NCBI GenBank assembly: GCA_946631895.1
Contig: CAMPAN010000001.1
Location: forward strand, 50,436 to 114,435
Origin: an uncultured Clostridia bacterium
Lineage (GTDB): Bacteria; Bacillota; Clostridia; Christensenellales; CAG-138
Length of the DNA stretch: 64,000 nucleotides
Direction: 5' to 3'
In this document: positions 55,815 to 64,000 of the stretch, one piece after another
Position numbering within the stretch: position 1 is the first letter of the stretch
Layout: each line of letters starts with the position of its first letter
Notes under the pieces: generated by a model
What the model was told of the DNA's origin: nothing
Databases searched by the model: none
What the model saw: only the letters and a program-made list of their open reading frames with translations
Made by a program: the position numbers and the translations under genes

Positions 55815-57356
55815 TTAAGCAAGCAGCGACTTTCCGGTCATCTCCGCGGGGATCGGAAGCCCCAGAAGCTCGAGAAGCGTCGGGGCAAGATCGCAGAGCC
55901 TGCCGCCTTTGCGCAGTGTGACGTCTTTTCGCGTGTTGTCGATCAGCATGCACGGAACCGGCAGTGTGGTATGCGCGGTGAACGGCGCGTTCTGCGCTTC
56001 GTCCCACATCAGCTCGCAGTTGCCGTGGTCTGCCGTTACGATGCAGCGACCGCCGGTAGCAAGAATCGCGGTCACGACCGTGTTCAGACATTCGTCGACT
56101 GCGTGGACCGCTTTGACTGCCGCGTCCATCACGCCGGTATGACCGACCATATCCGGGTTTGCGAAGTTCAGGATCATTACGTCGTACTTGCCGCTTTCGA
56201 TCCTTGCTTTCGCTTCCGCAGCAACTTCATATGCGCTCATCTCGGGCTTCAGATCATAGGTTGCAACCTTCGGCGAGGGGATGAGGCAGCGATCCTCGTT
56301 CGCGTTCGGCGCTTCAACGCCGCCGTTGAAGAAGAACGTTACGTGCGCGTATTTCTCGGTCTCCGCAATGCGAAGCTGCGAAAGCCCCTTGTCGGCGACA
56401 TATGCGCCGAACGTGTTCGCAAGCGACTGCGGCTTGAACGCCACATGCAGCGCATTTTCGAACGTCTTGTCGTACTGCGTCATCGAAACGTAGTAGAGCG
56501 GGAAGAAACCGTTTCTGCGTTCGAAGCCGTTGAAGTCTTCGAAGATATACGCACGGCTGATCTCTCTTGCACGGTCCGGACGGAAGTTGAAGAAGATCAC
56601 GCTGTCGTTTGCGCCGATCGTCGCGGTGGGTTTTCCGTCGGTAAGCACCACGGTGGGCTGTACGAATTCATCCGTATCACCGCGATCGTAGCTCAGCTGC
56701 ATCGCTTCGGGACCGGAGGAGGCGGTGAAGCCTTCTCCGTACGTCAGCGCCGCATACGCACGTTCCACACGCTCGAAGCGATTGTCGCGGTCCATGGCAT
56801 AGAAGCGTCCCATGACTGTTGCGATCTTTCCGCAGCCGATCTCATTGAGCTTTACATCGAGCTGTTCGAGATACATCTTGCCGGAGGACGGGGGAACGTC
56901 GCGACCGTCCATAAAGCAATGGACATAGACCTTCTTCAATCCGTTGCGTTTGGCAAGTTCGACGAGCGCATAGAGATGTTCGAGGTGGCTGTGTACGCCG
57001 CCGTCGGAGCACAGTCCCATCAGATGCAGGGAAGAATCATGCGCTTTGCAGTTCTCGATCGCGCCGAGGAAGGCAGGATTCTCAAAGAAATCGCCGTCCC
57101 GGATCGCTTTTGTGATGCGGGTCAGCTCCTGGTAGACGATACGGCCCGCGCCGATGTTCGTATGACCGACCTCGGAGTTGCCCATCTGTCCGTCGGGAAG
57201 TCCGACGTCCATACCGCTCGCGCCGATCAGGGTGTGCGGATATTCCTTCCAAAGGCGCATGAAATTCACAGCGCCGTCGGTCAGGATCGCGTTATACTGT
57301 TTTTCCTCGCGATAGCCGAAGCCGTCGAGGATGATCAATGCGGTAATCGGCTTCAT
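55815..57356 (-). CDS. gpmI: 2,3-bisphosphoglycerate-independent phosphoglycerate mutase
   Basis: ILDGFGYRE..., GNSEVGHTNIGAGR and ITADHGNCE motifs; 513 aa. Confidence 0.92.
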   Translation of the reverse strand: MKPITALIILDGFGYREEKQYNAILTDGAVNFMRLWKEYPHTLIGASGMDVGLPDGQMGNSEVGHTNIGAGRIVYQELTRITKAIRDGDFFENPAFLGAIENCKAHDSSLHLMGLCSDGGVHSHLEHLYALVELAKRNGLKKVYVHCFMDGRDVPPSSGKMYLEQLDVKLNEIGCGKIATVMGRFYAMDRDNRFERVERAYAALTYGEGFTASSGPEAMQLSYDRGDTDEFVQPTVVLTDGKPTATIGANDSVIFFNFRPDRAREISRAYIFEDFNGFERRNGFFPLYYVSMTQYDKTFENALHVAFKPQSLANTFGAYVADKGLSQLRIAETEKYAHVTFFFNGGVEAPNANEDRCLIPSPKVATYDLKPEMSAYEVAAEAKARIESGKYDVMILNFANPDMVGHTGVMDAAVKAVHAVDECLNTVVTAILATGGRCIVTADHGNCELMWDEAQNAPFTAHTTLPVPCMLIDNTRKDVTLRKGGRLCDLAPTLLELLGLPIPAEMTGKSLLA

Positions 57357-59293
57357 CAGAAATGAACCACCTTCGTGAAGTCTTCTGCTTTGAGGCTTGC
57401 ACCGCCGATCAGACCGCCGTCGATTTCCGGCATTGCCATGAGCTCGGAGGCATTCTTCGGGTTCATGCTGCCGCCGTACTGGATGCGGACCTTATTCGCG
57501 GTCGCTTCGCCGAACACGCCTGCGATCGCCTTGCGGATCACGCCGATGGTCGCGTTCGCGTCTTCCTTTGTTGCGGTCTTGCCGGTGCCGATCGCCCAGA
57601 TGGGCTCATACGCGATGACGACGGATTCGACCTGTGCATTCGTCATATCCTTCAATGCCGCAACGGTCTGATTGGAAACGAGTTCATCGGTTACGCCCGC
57701 TTCGCGTTGCTCAAGCGATTCGCCGACGCAGATGATCGGCGTGATGCCTGCGTTCAGCGCGGCAAGTGCACGCTTGTTGACGGTTTCATCGGTTTCGCCG
57801 AAATACTGACGGCGCTCAGAGTGACCGACGATTGCGTATTCGACGCCGCGCGCTTTCAGCATATCCGCCGAGATCTCACCGGTGAATGCGCCCTTTTCCG
57901 CCCAGTGGATATTCTGCGCACCGAGTTTGATGTTCGTGCCCTTGATTGCCTTGCCGACGCAGCAGAGATCCACGTACGGCGGGCAAACGACGACTTCACA
58001 CTTTGCGTCCTTAACGAGCGGGATCAGCGCTTCGACAAGCTCTTTCGCTTCGTCAGGCGTCTTGTTCATCTTCCAGTTGCCTGCGATGATCGGACGACGT
58101 CCTTCGGGCTTATCGTTCAGCACCGCGACACCGGGAAGGATCTTGCCCTCAAGGAATTCAAGCGATGCGCCGCCGCCGGTGGAGATATGCGTCATCTTGC
58201 TTGCAAAACCGAGCTTTTTCACCGCGGAAGCGGAATCGCCGCCGCCGATGATCGTCGTGCCTGCGCAGTCTGCACATGCAGCTGCGACCGCCTTAGTGCC
58301 TTCCGCAAATGCCGGGAATTCGAACACACCCATCGGGCCGTTCCAGATGACCGTCTTTGCTTCGACGATCGTCTTGCGGAACAGTTCGCGGGTCTTTTCG
58401 CCGATATCGAGACCCATCCAGCCTTCGGGGATTGCATCGGAGGGAACTGTCTTGTGCTCCGCATCCGCCGCAAATTCTTTCGCGACCACGGTGTCGATCG
58501 GGAGCAGCAGATTCACGCCGCGTTCTTTGGCTTCCGCCATCAGATCCTTGGCAAGATCAATGCTGTTTTCGTCGAGCAGGGACGTGCCGATTTCATAACC
58601 CATCGCCTTGAAGAACGTATAAGCCATGCCGCCGCCGATGATCAGGCTGTCGCACTTGGCAAGCAGATTCTTGATGACGCCGATCTTATCCGCGACCTTT
58701 GCACCGCCGAGGATCGCAACAAACGGACGGACCGGGTTCTCGAGTGCTTCGCCCATGACGCCGAGTTCCTTGCCGATGAGGTAACCGGCGACTGCGGGAA
58801 TATAATCCGCAACGCCCGCCGTGGATGCGTGTGCGCGATGCACCGTGCCGAATGCGTCCGATACGAACAAATCCGCAAGGGAAGCAAGCTGCTTCGCAAA
58901 TTCGGGATCGTTCTTCTCCTCTTCCTTATGGAAGCGGGTATTCTCGAGAAGAACGATTTCGCCTTCCTTCATGTCTGCGATCGCTGCCTTGGCGCTTTCG
59001 CCGACCGTGTCGGTTGCAAACCAGACGCGGGTATCGGGCAGAAGCTCGGCAAGACGCTGACCGACCGGCTCCAGAGAATACTTCAGATTGACTTCTCCTT
59101 TAGGTCTGCCGAGATGCGAGCAAAGGATGACCTTCGCCTTGTGGTCCAGAAGATACTTGATCGTCGGGAGCGCAGCAACGATGCGCTTGTCGTCGGAAAC
59201 GGTTCCGTCCTCCGCAAGCGGGACATTGAAGTCTACGCGAACAAGTACTTTCTTGCCTGTTACGTTAACATCTTCGATTGTCATTTTTGCCAT
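57356..59293 (-). CDS. pgk/tpiA: Fused phosphoglycerate kinase / triosephosphate isomerase (single 645-aa ORF)
   Basis: Pgk motifs ([32 protein letters not shown]). These run directly into TIM motifs ([27 protein letters not shown]) with no stop or frameshift. Confidence 0.9.
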   Translation of the reverse strand: MAKMTIEDVNVTGKKVLVRVDFNVPLAEDGTVSDDKRIVAALPTIKYLLDHKAKVILCSHLGRPKGEVNLKYSLEPVGQRLAELLPDTRVWFATDTVGESAKAAIADMKEGEIVLLENTRFHKEEEKNDPEFAKQLASLADLFVSDAFGTVHRAHASTAGVADYIPAVAGYLIGKELGVMGEALENPVRPFVAILGGAKVADKIGVIKNLLAKCDSLIIGGGMAYTFFKAMGYEIGTSLLDENSIDLAKDLMAEAKERGVNLLLPIDTVVAKEFAADAEHKTVPSDAIPEGWMGLDIGEKTRELFRKTIVEAKTVIWNGPMGVFEFPAFAEGTKAVAAACADCAGTTIIGGGDSASAVKKLGFASKMTHISTGGGASLEFLEGKILPGVAVLNDKPEGRRPIIAGNWKMNKTPDEAKELVEALIPLVKDAKCEVVVCPPYVDLCCVGKAIKGTNIKLGAQNIHWAEKGAFTGEISADMLKARGVEYAIVGHSERRQYFGETDETVNKRALAALNAGITPIICVGESLEQREAGVTDELVSNQTVAALKDMTNAQVESVVIAYEPIWAIGTGKTATKEDANATIGVIRKAIAGVFGEATANKVRIQYGGSMNPKNASELMAMPEIDGGLIGGASLKAEDFTKVVHF

Positions 59294-59344
59294 AGTGTTA
59301 TATATCCTTTCCTGAATTTTTTTGTATGATGAAGCGAAATCGCA

Positions 59345-60061
59345 TCATTTCGTGTCATGAGAAATAATCTCGAAAACACTGCCCTCGACGGCATAGATAC
59401 AACGCCGGTCAATGATAGCGGGGTATTCCGTTCCGTCGTCGTACAGGTGTGTCAGCACTGCGGCATTGCAGCCTGCTTTCTGACGGAGCGAAAGCACCTG
59501 CGCAACGGTCATATGATTCTTCAGCGCTTTTTCGTTCGATTCGTCCCGCAAGCATGCGTCTGCCAAAAGCAGATCGGCACCCTGTGCGGCTGTGACCAAA
59601 CCGTCAAACCATCCGGTATCTCCGGTGTAAAAGATCGAATGACCGCCGGAATCGGTAATCCGGATACCCATCGTAGGCACAGCATGCTGCACAGCGACAA
59701 AACCAAGCGTCAGAGAGCCGATCGTTGTCTGCATGCCGTCATACGTCCGGACCGTTTCAAACACAGGATATTGAAGATTATCCGTTTCCGGAGAAAACAG
59801 CTTCACCGGCGTATTCAGCTTTCCGAACTCCGCCATATAGCGGAACAAGTGGATCTCACCGGCATGATCCGCGTGCATATGCGAAAGAACAATCGCATCG
59901 AGCCTCAGAGGCAGATCCGGAAAAATGTCCCTGCATTTTGAGAGAGAACCGCTTCCGCAATCCAACAGGATACGTGTATCTCCGTCTTCGATAAGATAGG
60001 AGGAACAGCCTTTTCCGGAAGCGGGAAACGGTCCGTACATGCCCAGCAGGGTCAGCTTCAT
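59345..60061 (-). CDS. MBL-fold metallo-hydrolase
   Basis: LSHMHADHAGE (HxHxDH); 238 aa; ATGA overlap with the upstream gene. Confidence 0.75.
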   Translation of the reverse strand: MKLTLLGMYGPFPASGKGCSSYLIEDGDTRILLDCGSGSLSKCRDIFPDLPLRLDAIVLSHMHADHAGEIHLFRYMAEFGKLNTPVKLFSPETDNLQYPVFETVRTYDGMQTTIGSLTLGFVAVQHAVPTMGIRITDSGGHSIFYTGDTGWFDGLVTAAQGADLLLADACLRDESNEKALKNHMTVAQVLSLRQKAGCNAAVLTHLYDDGTEYPAIIDRRCIYAVEGSVFEIISHDTK

Positions 60062-60804
60062 TGTTCGTCCTCCGTAGCGGCAAGAATCTCGTCGATAATG
60101 GCGTCTACATCCGCGCCGGATCCGCCGGTTTCTCCTGTTGCGATTTTGTCGACCGTCCAAAGCTGTTCGTCTGCGTTTGTTTCACGGCTCGGCTTATATG
60201 ACAAAGGATTCGACTGATAATCCGGCATATCGTCACGAAGATAGGACGGCGTGCCGGCATTGCTTTGGCTGTCATCGGGATTTCCGAGACCGGGCAGAGG
60301 CGTACCGTCCGTATTCAAAAGCTGCGGGACCGCGTTGTGCAGGGCGGCGGAAAGCTCCGAATAGCGGCGCGCGTTATCCTTGGCAAGTTCAAGCTGTTCC
60401 TGGACCATCGCATCGTAGCCATTTAACAGCGCCGCATACTGTTCAATCTGCTGCTGCATTTCGGCGCGTTTTTTCTGTCCTTCATCTTCCGCTTCACGCA
60501 CAATCTCTCTTGCACTGCGATACGCGTCGTCAACGATACGGTCCGCCTTTTTCCGCTGCGCATCACATTCGTTCTGCGTCTGCTCAAGCATTGCACCCGA
60601 TTTGCGCTGTGCGTCCGCGATCATATTATCCGCTGTGGCAGTCGCTTCGTTCAACGCACGCCCGATTCCGCGTTCGCGACGCTCGACATCGATCACGCGG
60701 TCCTTGAGACGTTTGTTTTCTGCAGTCAGCGATTCAAGCTGCAGTTCGAGAGAACGGATCTGATCCGCCTGTTCTGCAATGATGCGCTGCTTTTTGCCGA
60801 ACAT
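60058..60804 (-). CDS. Coiled-coil protein with acidic, low-complexity C-terminus (DivIVA-C / ATPase-b-like; function unknown)
   Basis: 248 aa; heptad-rich, with many Q/E/R/A residues. Lacks the canonical DivIVA N-terminal motif. Sits directly after ruvB. Confidence 0.45.
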   Translation of the reverse strand: MFGKKQRIIAEQADQIRSLELQLESLTAENKRLKDRVIDVERRERGIGRALNEATATADNMIADAQRKSGAMLEQTQNECDAQRKKADRIVDDAYRSAREIVREAEDEGQKKRAEMQQQIEQYAALLNGYDAMVQEQLELAKDNARRYSELSAALHNAVPQLLNTDGTPLPGLGNPDDSQSNAGTPSYLRDDMPDYQSNPLSYKPSRETNADEQLWTVDKIATGETGGSGADVDAIIDEILAATEDEQ

Positions 60805-60805
60805 G

Positions 60806-61834
60806 TTACACCTCCAGCCGTTCCTGCTGTACCGTTACGGGTACGGGGTAATCCAAATGCCGGTAAGCATCCGGCAGAACAACTCTTCCGCGCGTCGTTC
60901 GCGCAATGAAGCCGAGTTTCAGAAGATACGGCTCGTACACATCCTCGACTGTCCCGGCATCTTCGCCGGTGTATGCTGCGATGGTATCGAGTCCGACGGG
61001 ACCGCCGCGGAAGATCTCAATCATGGCGACAAGCATCTTACGGTCGACCGCGTCGAGACCGAGCTCATCGATCTGCAGCATGGAAAGCGCGCTTTGGGCG
61101 GTCTCGAGATCAATCACACCGGTTCCGCGCACCTGAGAATAGTCTCGGACACGCCGCAGGAGTCTGTTTGCGATACGCGGCGTTCCGCGCGAGCGGGAAG
61201 CGATCTCCAAAGCGCCGTCTTCATCAATGTCAATGTGCAGAATATCTGCGCTGCGAGTGACGATTTCTTTCAGACTTTCTGGCGTATACAGTTCCAACTG
61301 CTCCTTGATGCCGAAACGGTCGCGCAGCGGGGAAGAGAGCATACCGAGACGCGTCGTTGCGCCGATCAGCGTAAACCGCGGCAGATCGAGCCGGATGCTC
61401 CTTGCGCCGGGACCTTTTCCGATGATGATGTCCAGCGCAAAATCCTCCATCGCGGGATACAAGACTTCTTCCACATTCGGATTCAGGCGATGGATCTCAT
61501 CAATGAACAGCACGTCGCCCGGACTGAGGTTCGTCAGAAGCGCAGCGAGATCGCCGGCATGCGTGATCGCAGGACCGCTGGTGACCCGGAGACTTACGCC
61601 CATTTCATTCGCAATGATACCTGCAAGCGTCGTTTTGCCGAGTCCCGGAGGTCCGTACAACAATGCGTGATCCAGAGATTCTCCGCGGGCTTTCGCCGCT
61701 GCGATATAGATCTGCATATGCTCCTTGACGCTTTCCTGACCGATGTATTCGGACAGAAAGTGCGGGCGGATGCTGTATTCGTTTTTTGCGTCCTCTTCCT
61801 GCAGGGAGGAGGAAATCAGTCTGTCGTCCTGCAT
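60806..61834 (-). CDS. ruvB: Holliday junction branch migration helicase RuvB
   Basis: Walker [10 protein letters not shown]; Walker [10 protein letters not shown]; sensor and arginine-finger regions. Confidence 0.92.
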   Translation of the reverse strand: MQDDRLISSSLQEEDAKNEYSIRPHFLSEYIGQESVKEHMQIYIAAAKARGESLDHALLYGPPGLGKTTLAGIIANEMGVSLRVTSGPAITHAGDLAALLTNLSPGDVLFIDEIHRLNPNVEEVLYPAMEDFALDIIIGKGPGARSIRLDLPRFTLIGATTRLGMLSSPLRDRFGIKEQLELYTPESLKEIVTRSADILHIDIDEDGALEIASRSRGTPRIANRLLRRVRDYSQVRGTGVIDLETAQSALSMLQIDELGLDAVDRKMLVAMIEIFRGGPVGLDTIAAYTGEDAGTVEDVYEPYLLKLGFIARTTRGRVVLPDAYRHLDYPVPVTVQQERLEV

Positions 61835-61837
61835 GCT

Positions 61838-62434
61838 TTACCCCTTTGCCATGCTTCTCAAAGCTTTGGTGATCAGTTCTTCGACGCTGTCGGCTTCCTT
61901 GATCTTTGCCACTGCGCGGGACGCGGTCAGTCCGTCGTACCCGAGGGACGTCAGCGCTGCGACCGCTTCGCTCTGCAGCGTCGGCAGGAAAGGCTTCGCG
62001 CTTTCCTGCTTGGCGGGAGTCATGCCGACGGATTCCTGACGGATCGATTCGCCGAGCTCCAGAATCACACGCTGTGCGGTTTTTCTGCCCATGCCGGCGA
62101 CACGGTCGAATGCTGCGGGATTATCGGTCACGATTGCGGCGCGTACATCCGACGGCGTCATCGTTGAAAGCACGGACAGCGCAACCTTCGGACCGATGCG
62201 TGATACATTCAGGAGCTTCCGGAACATATCGCGTTCTTCGGTATCCGCAAAGCCATAAAGCGCCTGTACGCCTTCGGCAAGGTGCAGATGAGTACAGAGC
62301 TTTGCCTGTTCGCCGATGATGAGAGCCTTCAGCGTCAATGAACTGCAGAAAAGCTCATATCCTATGCCGGCTGCTTCGATCACAGCCCGATCCGCTCCTA
62401 CTTCATCGACGATTCCTTTGATATATGCGTACAT
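61838..62434 (-). CDS. ruvA: Holliday junction DNA-binding protein RuvA
   Basis: MYAYIKGIV...GIGYELFCS...; HhH LLNVSRIGPKVAL; start trimmed to 62434. Confidence 0.88.
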   Translation of the reverse strand: MYAYIKGIVDEVGADRAVIEAAGIGYELFCSSLTLKALIIGEQAKLCTHLHLAEGVQALYGFADTEERDMFRKLLNVSRIGPKVALSVLSTMTPSDVRAAIVTDNPAAFDRVAGMGRKTAQRVILELGESIRQESVGMTPAKQESAKPFLPTLQSEAVAALTSLGYDGLTASRAVAKIKEADSVEELITKALRSMAKG

Positions 62435-62442
62435 AATAGCTC

Positions 62443-62940
62443 CTATTTGATCCTGTATTCTTCCTGCGCGGGACCCGCGTGAAACGCGAGGCACAGAGCT
62501 GCGGCAAGCGCATCGGCAGCGTCGTCGGGCTTCGGTTCCGTTTTCAATCCGAGAAGAACACGGATCATTTGCTGCACCTGCTTTTTGTCGGCATGTCCGT
62601 TTCCGCAGACGGACTGCTTGATCTCCATCGGCGTGAACTCATACATCGGGATTCCGCATTGCTGTACGCCGAGAATGGAGACGCCGCGGCCGGAACCGAC
62701 GGAGATAGCGGTCGTGATATTGTGGTAGAAGAACAGCTCTTCAAATGCAGCCATATCCGGACGATACAGCTCACAAAGCTGACGAGTGCCGAGATACAGG
62801 CGTTCCAGACGCTCGGGGAACGGGAGGTTTTTATCCGTTTCCACAACGCCGAAATCAATCGGTGTGATCGACTGGCCGTTCTTTTCTACGACACCGTAAC
62901 CCATAATCGCATAACCGGGGTCTATCCCTAAAATACGCAA
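62443..62940 (-). CDS. ruvC: Crossover junction endodeoxyribonuclease RuvC (probable TTG start)
   Basis: (M)RILGIDPGYAIMGYGVV. GGAGG lies 7 nt upstream of the TTG at 62940. C-terminal DAADALAAAL. Confidence 0.85.
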   Translation of the reverse strand: MRILGIDPGYAIMGYGVVEKNGQSITPIDFGVVETDKNLPFPERLERLYLGTRQLCELYRPDMAAFEELFFYHNITTAISVGSGRGVSILGVQQCGIPMYEFTPMEIKQSVCGNGHADKKQVQQMIRVLLGLKTEPKPDDAADALAAALCLAFHAGPAQEEYRIK

Positions 62941-63135
62941 CGCAGGACCTCCACACAAATTTTCAATTTATTATATCATAAGGAACGGACCTGTGCAAGA
63001 AATACATAAAAAAAAGGCAGTCAAATTATATACAAACCGAACAGGACAGGGCGGAAAACCGTCGCCGGAAAGAATTGTTGTTGCGGATCAAAACAGAATA
63101 TGATACAATTTTTCAAATAATCGGAGGTGTGTAGA

Positions 63136-64000
63136 ATGGAAATCAAAAAGAAAAGTACAGCAAAACGTCTGCTTCATCTCTTGTGGATCATTCCGGCACT
63201 GATCGTCCTGGTGTTTGGCGTTTTTATGTATCTGATCCCCGCAACCGAAACGGTTGATCGTGAGGGAGCAACCGGATCACAGGACTGGATGGCACGGCTC
63301 GACGACAGCATACCGTTGTCGAGTGTTGTTTTGCCCGGAACACACGACAGCGCCTCAACCAATGCGCAGTTGGGTTATATCACAAAATGCCAAGCGCTTA
63401 CGATCGCGGAACAGCTCGACGCAGGCTTCCGTTATCTCGATATCCGGTTGGGAATAAACGGAACGAAATTCAAACTGATGCATGGTTTTACTAACTGTAC
63501 TGTAAGCGGATGGCCGTGGGCGGCAACGCTGAGTCTAGACAGTGTCCTTGATGATTGCTATGCTTTTTTGAGTGCACATCCCTCCGAAACAATCGTTTTC
63601 GCCGTAAAGCATGAACATGGAAGCGAGACGCCGGAACAATTTGAAAAACTGCTCAACGCATACATTGCCGAGAAACCGGATGCATGGCTTCTGACCGACG
63701 GTATTCCTTCCGTCGGTGAAGCACGCGGGAAGATTTTTCTGACGCGGCATTATGAGGATGCGTCGATGCCGAAGCCCACGCTCGGGCTTCCGTGCTACTG
63801 GCAGACACAGAACGGGCACGATGACGTATCGGTCAACGCTGCAGCACACGAGAACGGCAAGTATACGCTGATCGTGCAGGACCGTTATGAATACGACGCA
63901 CCGGATAAACTGAACGCGTTCCGGAAAGGACTTGAGGCCGTGCAAACGGATGAAACGCATCTTTCGATCAGCTTTCTTTCCACGAAGGGCAGCGGGTCGT
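63136..64000 (+). CDS. Phosphatidylinositol-specific phospholipase C X-domain protein (3' end beyond window)
   Basis: GGAGGTG SD; N-terminal TM anchor; LPGTHDSAS and FRYLDIRL PI-PLC-X motifs. The frame is open to the window end, which explains its absence from the supplied ORF track. Confidence 0.7.
   Translation, partial: MEIKKKSTAKRLLHLLWIIPALIVLVFGVFMYLIPATETVDREGATGSQDWMARLDDSIPLSSVVLPGTHDSASTNAQLGYITKCQALTIAEQLDAGFRYLDIRLGINGTKFKLMHGFTNCTVSGWPWAATLSLDSVLDDCYAFLSAHPSETIVFAVKHEHGSETPEQFEKLLNAYIAEKPDAWLLTDGIPSVGEARGKIFLTRHYEDASMPKPTLGLPCYWQTQNGHDDVSVNAAAHENGKYTLIVQDRYEYDAPDKLNAFRKGLEAVQTDETHLSISFLSTKGSGS

Overview
This window looks like a chromosomal segment of a GC-rich, spore-forming Clostridia-type Firmicute. 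Supporting genes are yabP-yabQ-divIC, spoIIID, an ECF transporter followed by truA, and a dockerin-bearing protein. It is densely coding, with about 70 protein genes, many joined by ATGA or TGATG start/stop overlaps. Three structured RNAs are recognisable by eye: tRNA-Ser(CGA), RNase P RNA and tmRNA (next to smpB). No transposase, integrase, CRISPR array or recognisable defence system is visible, and most content is housekeeping. Coherent modules: (1) the complete anaerobic ornithine oxidative-degradation cluster ord-ortA-ortB-oraS-oraE-reactivase-orr, with birA attached; (2) next to it, a sulfur/selenium trafficking module (class-V desulfurase/lyase, yedE, tusA/yedF-like, DUF3343); (3) a secreted-protein operon encoding an HExxH protease with a dockerin and a 1147-aa lipoprotein with four LTD domains and a CotH domain; (4) a small accessory-looking stretch next to tRNA-Ser (ABC-2 exporter, XRE plus DUF2975 pair, nucleotidyltransferase, frameshifted GNAT). 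The most unusual items I can support are listed here. HflX carries an N-terminal extension with a complete JAMM/MPN+ metalloprotease motif. A 64-aa Cys/Gly-rich hydrophobic repeat peptide and a CopZ-like HMA protein are coupled to mnmA. Two near-identical 16-bp palindromes bracket the XRE/DUF2975 promoter. Pgk and TpiA are fused in a single ORF. A partial copy of the tmRNA 3' end lies just downstream of ssrA. The many long ORFs antisense to real genes are codon-aligned shadows, not genes. All functional calls come from reading the translations and motifs by eye; no database search was run.
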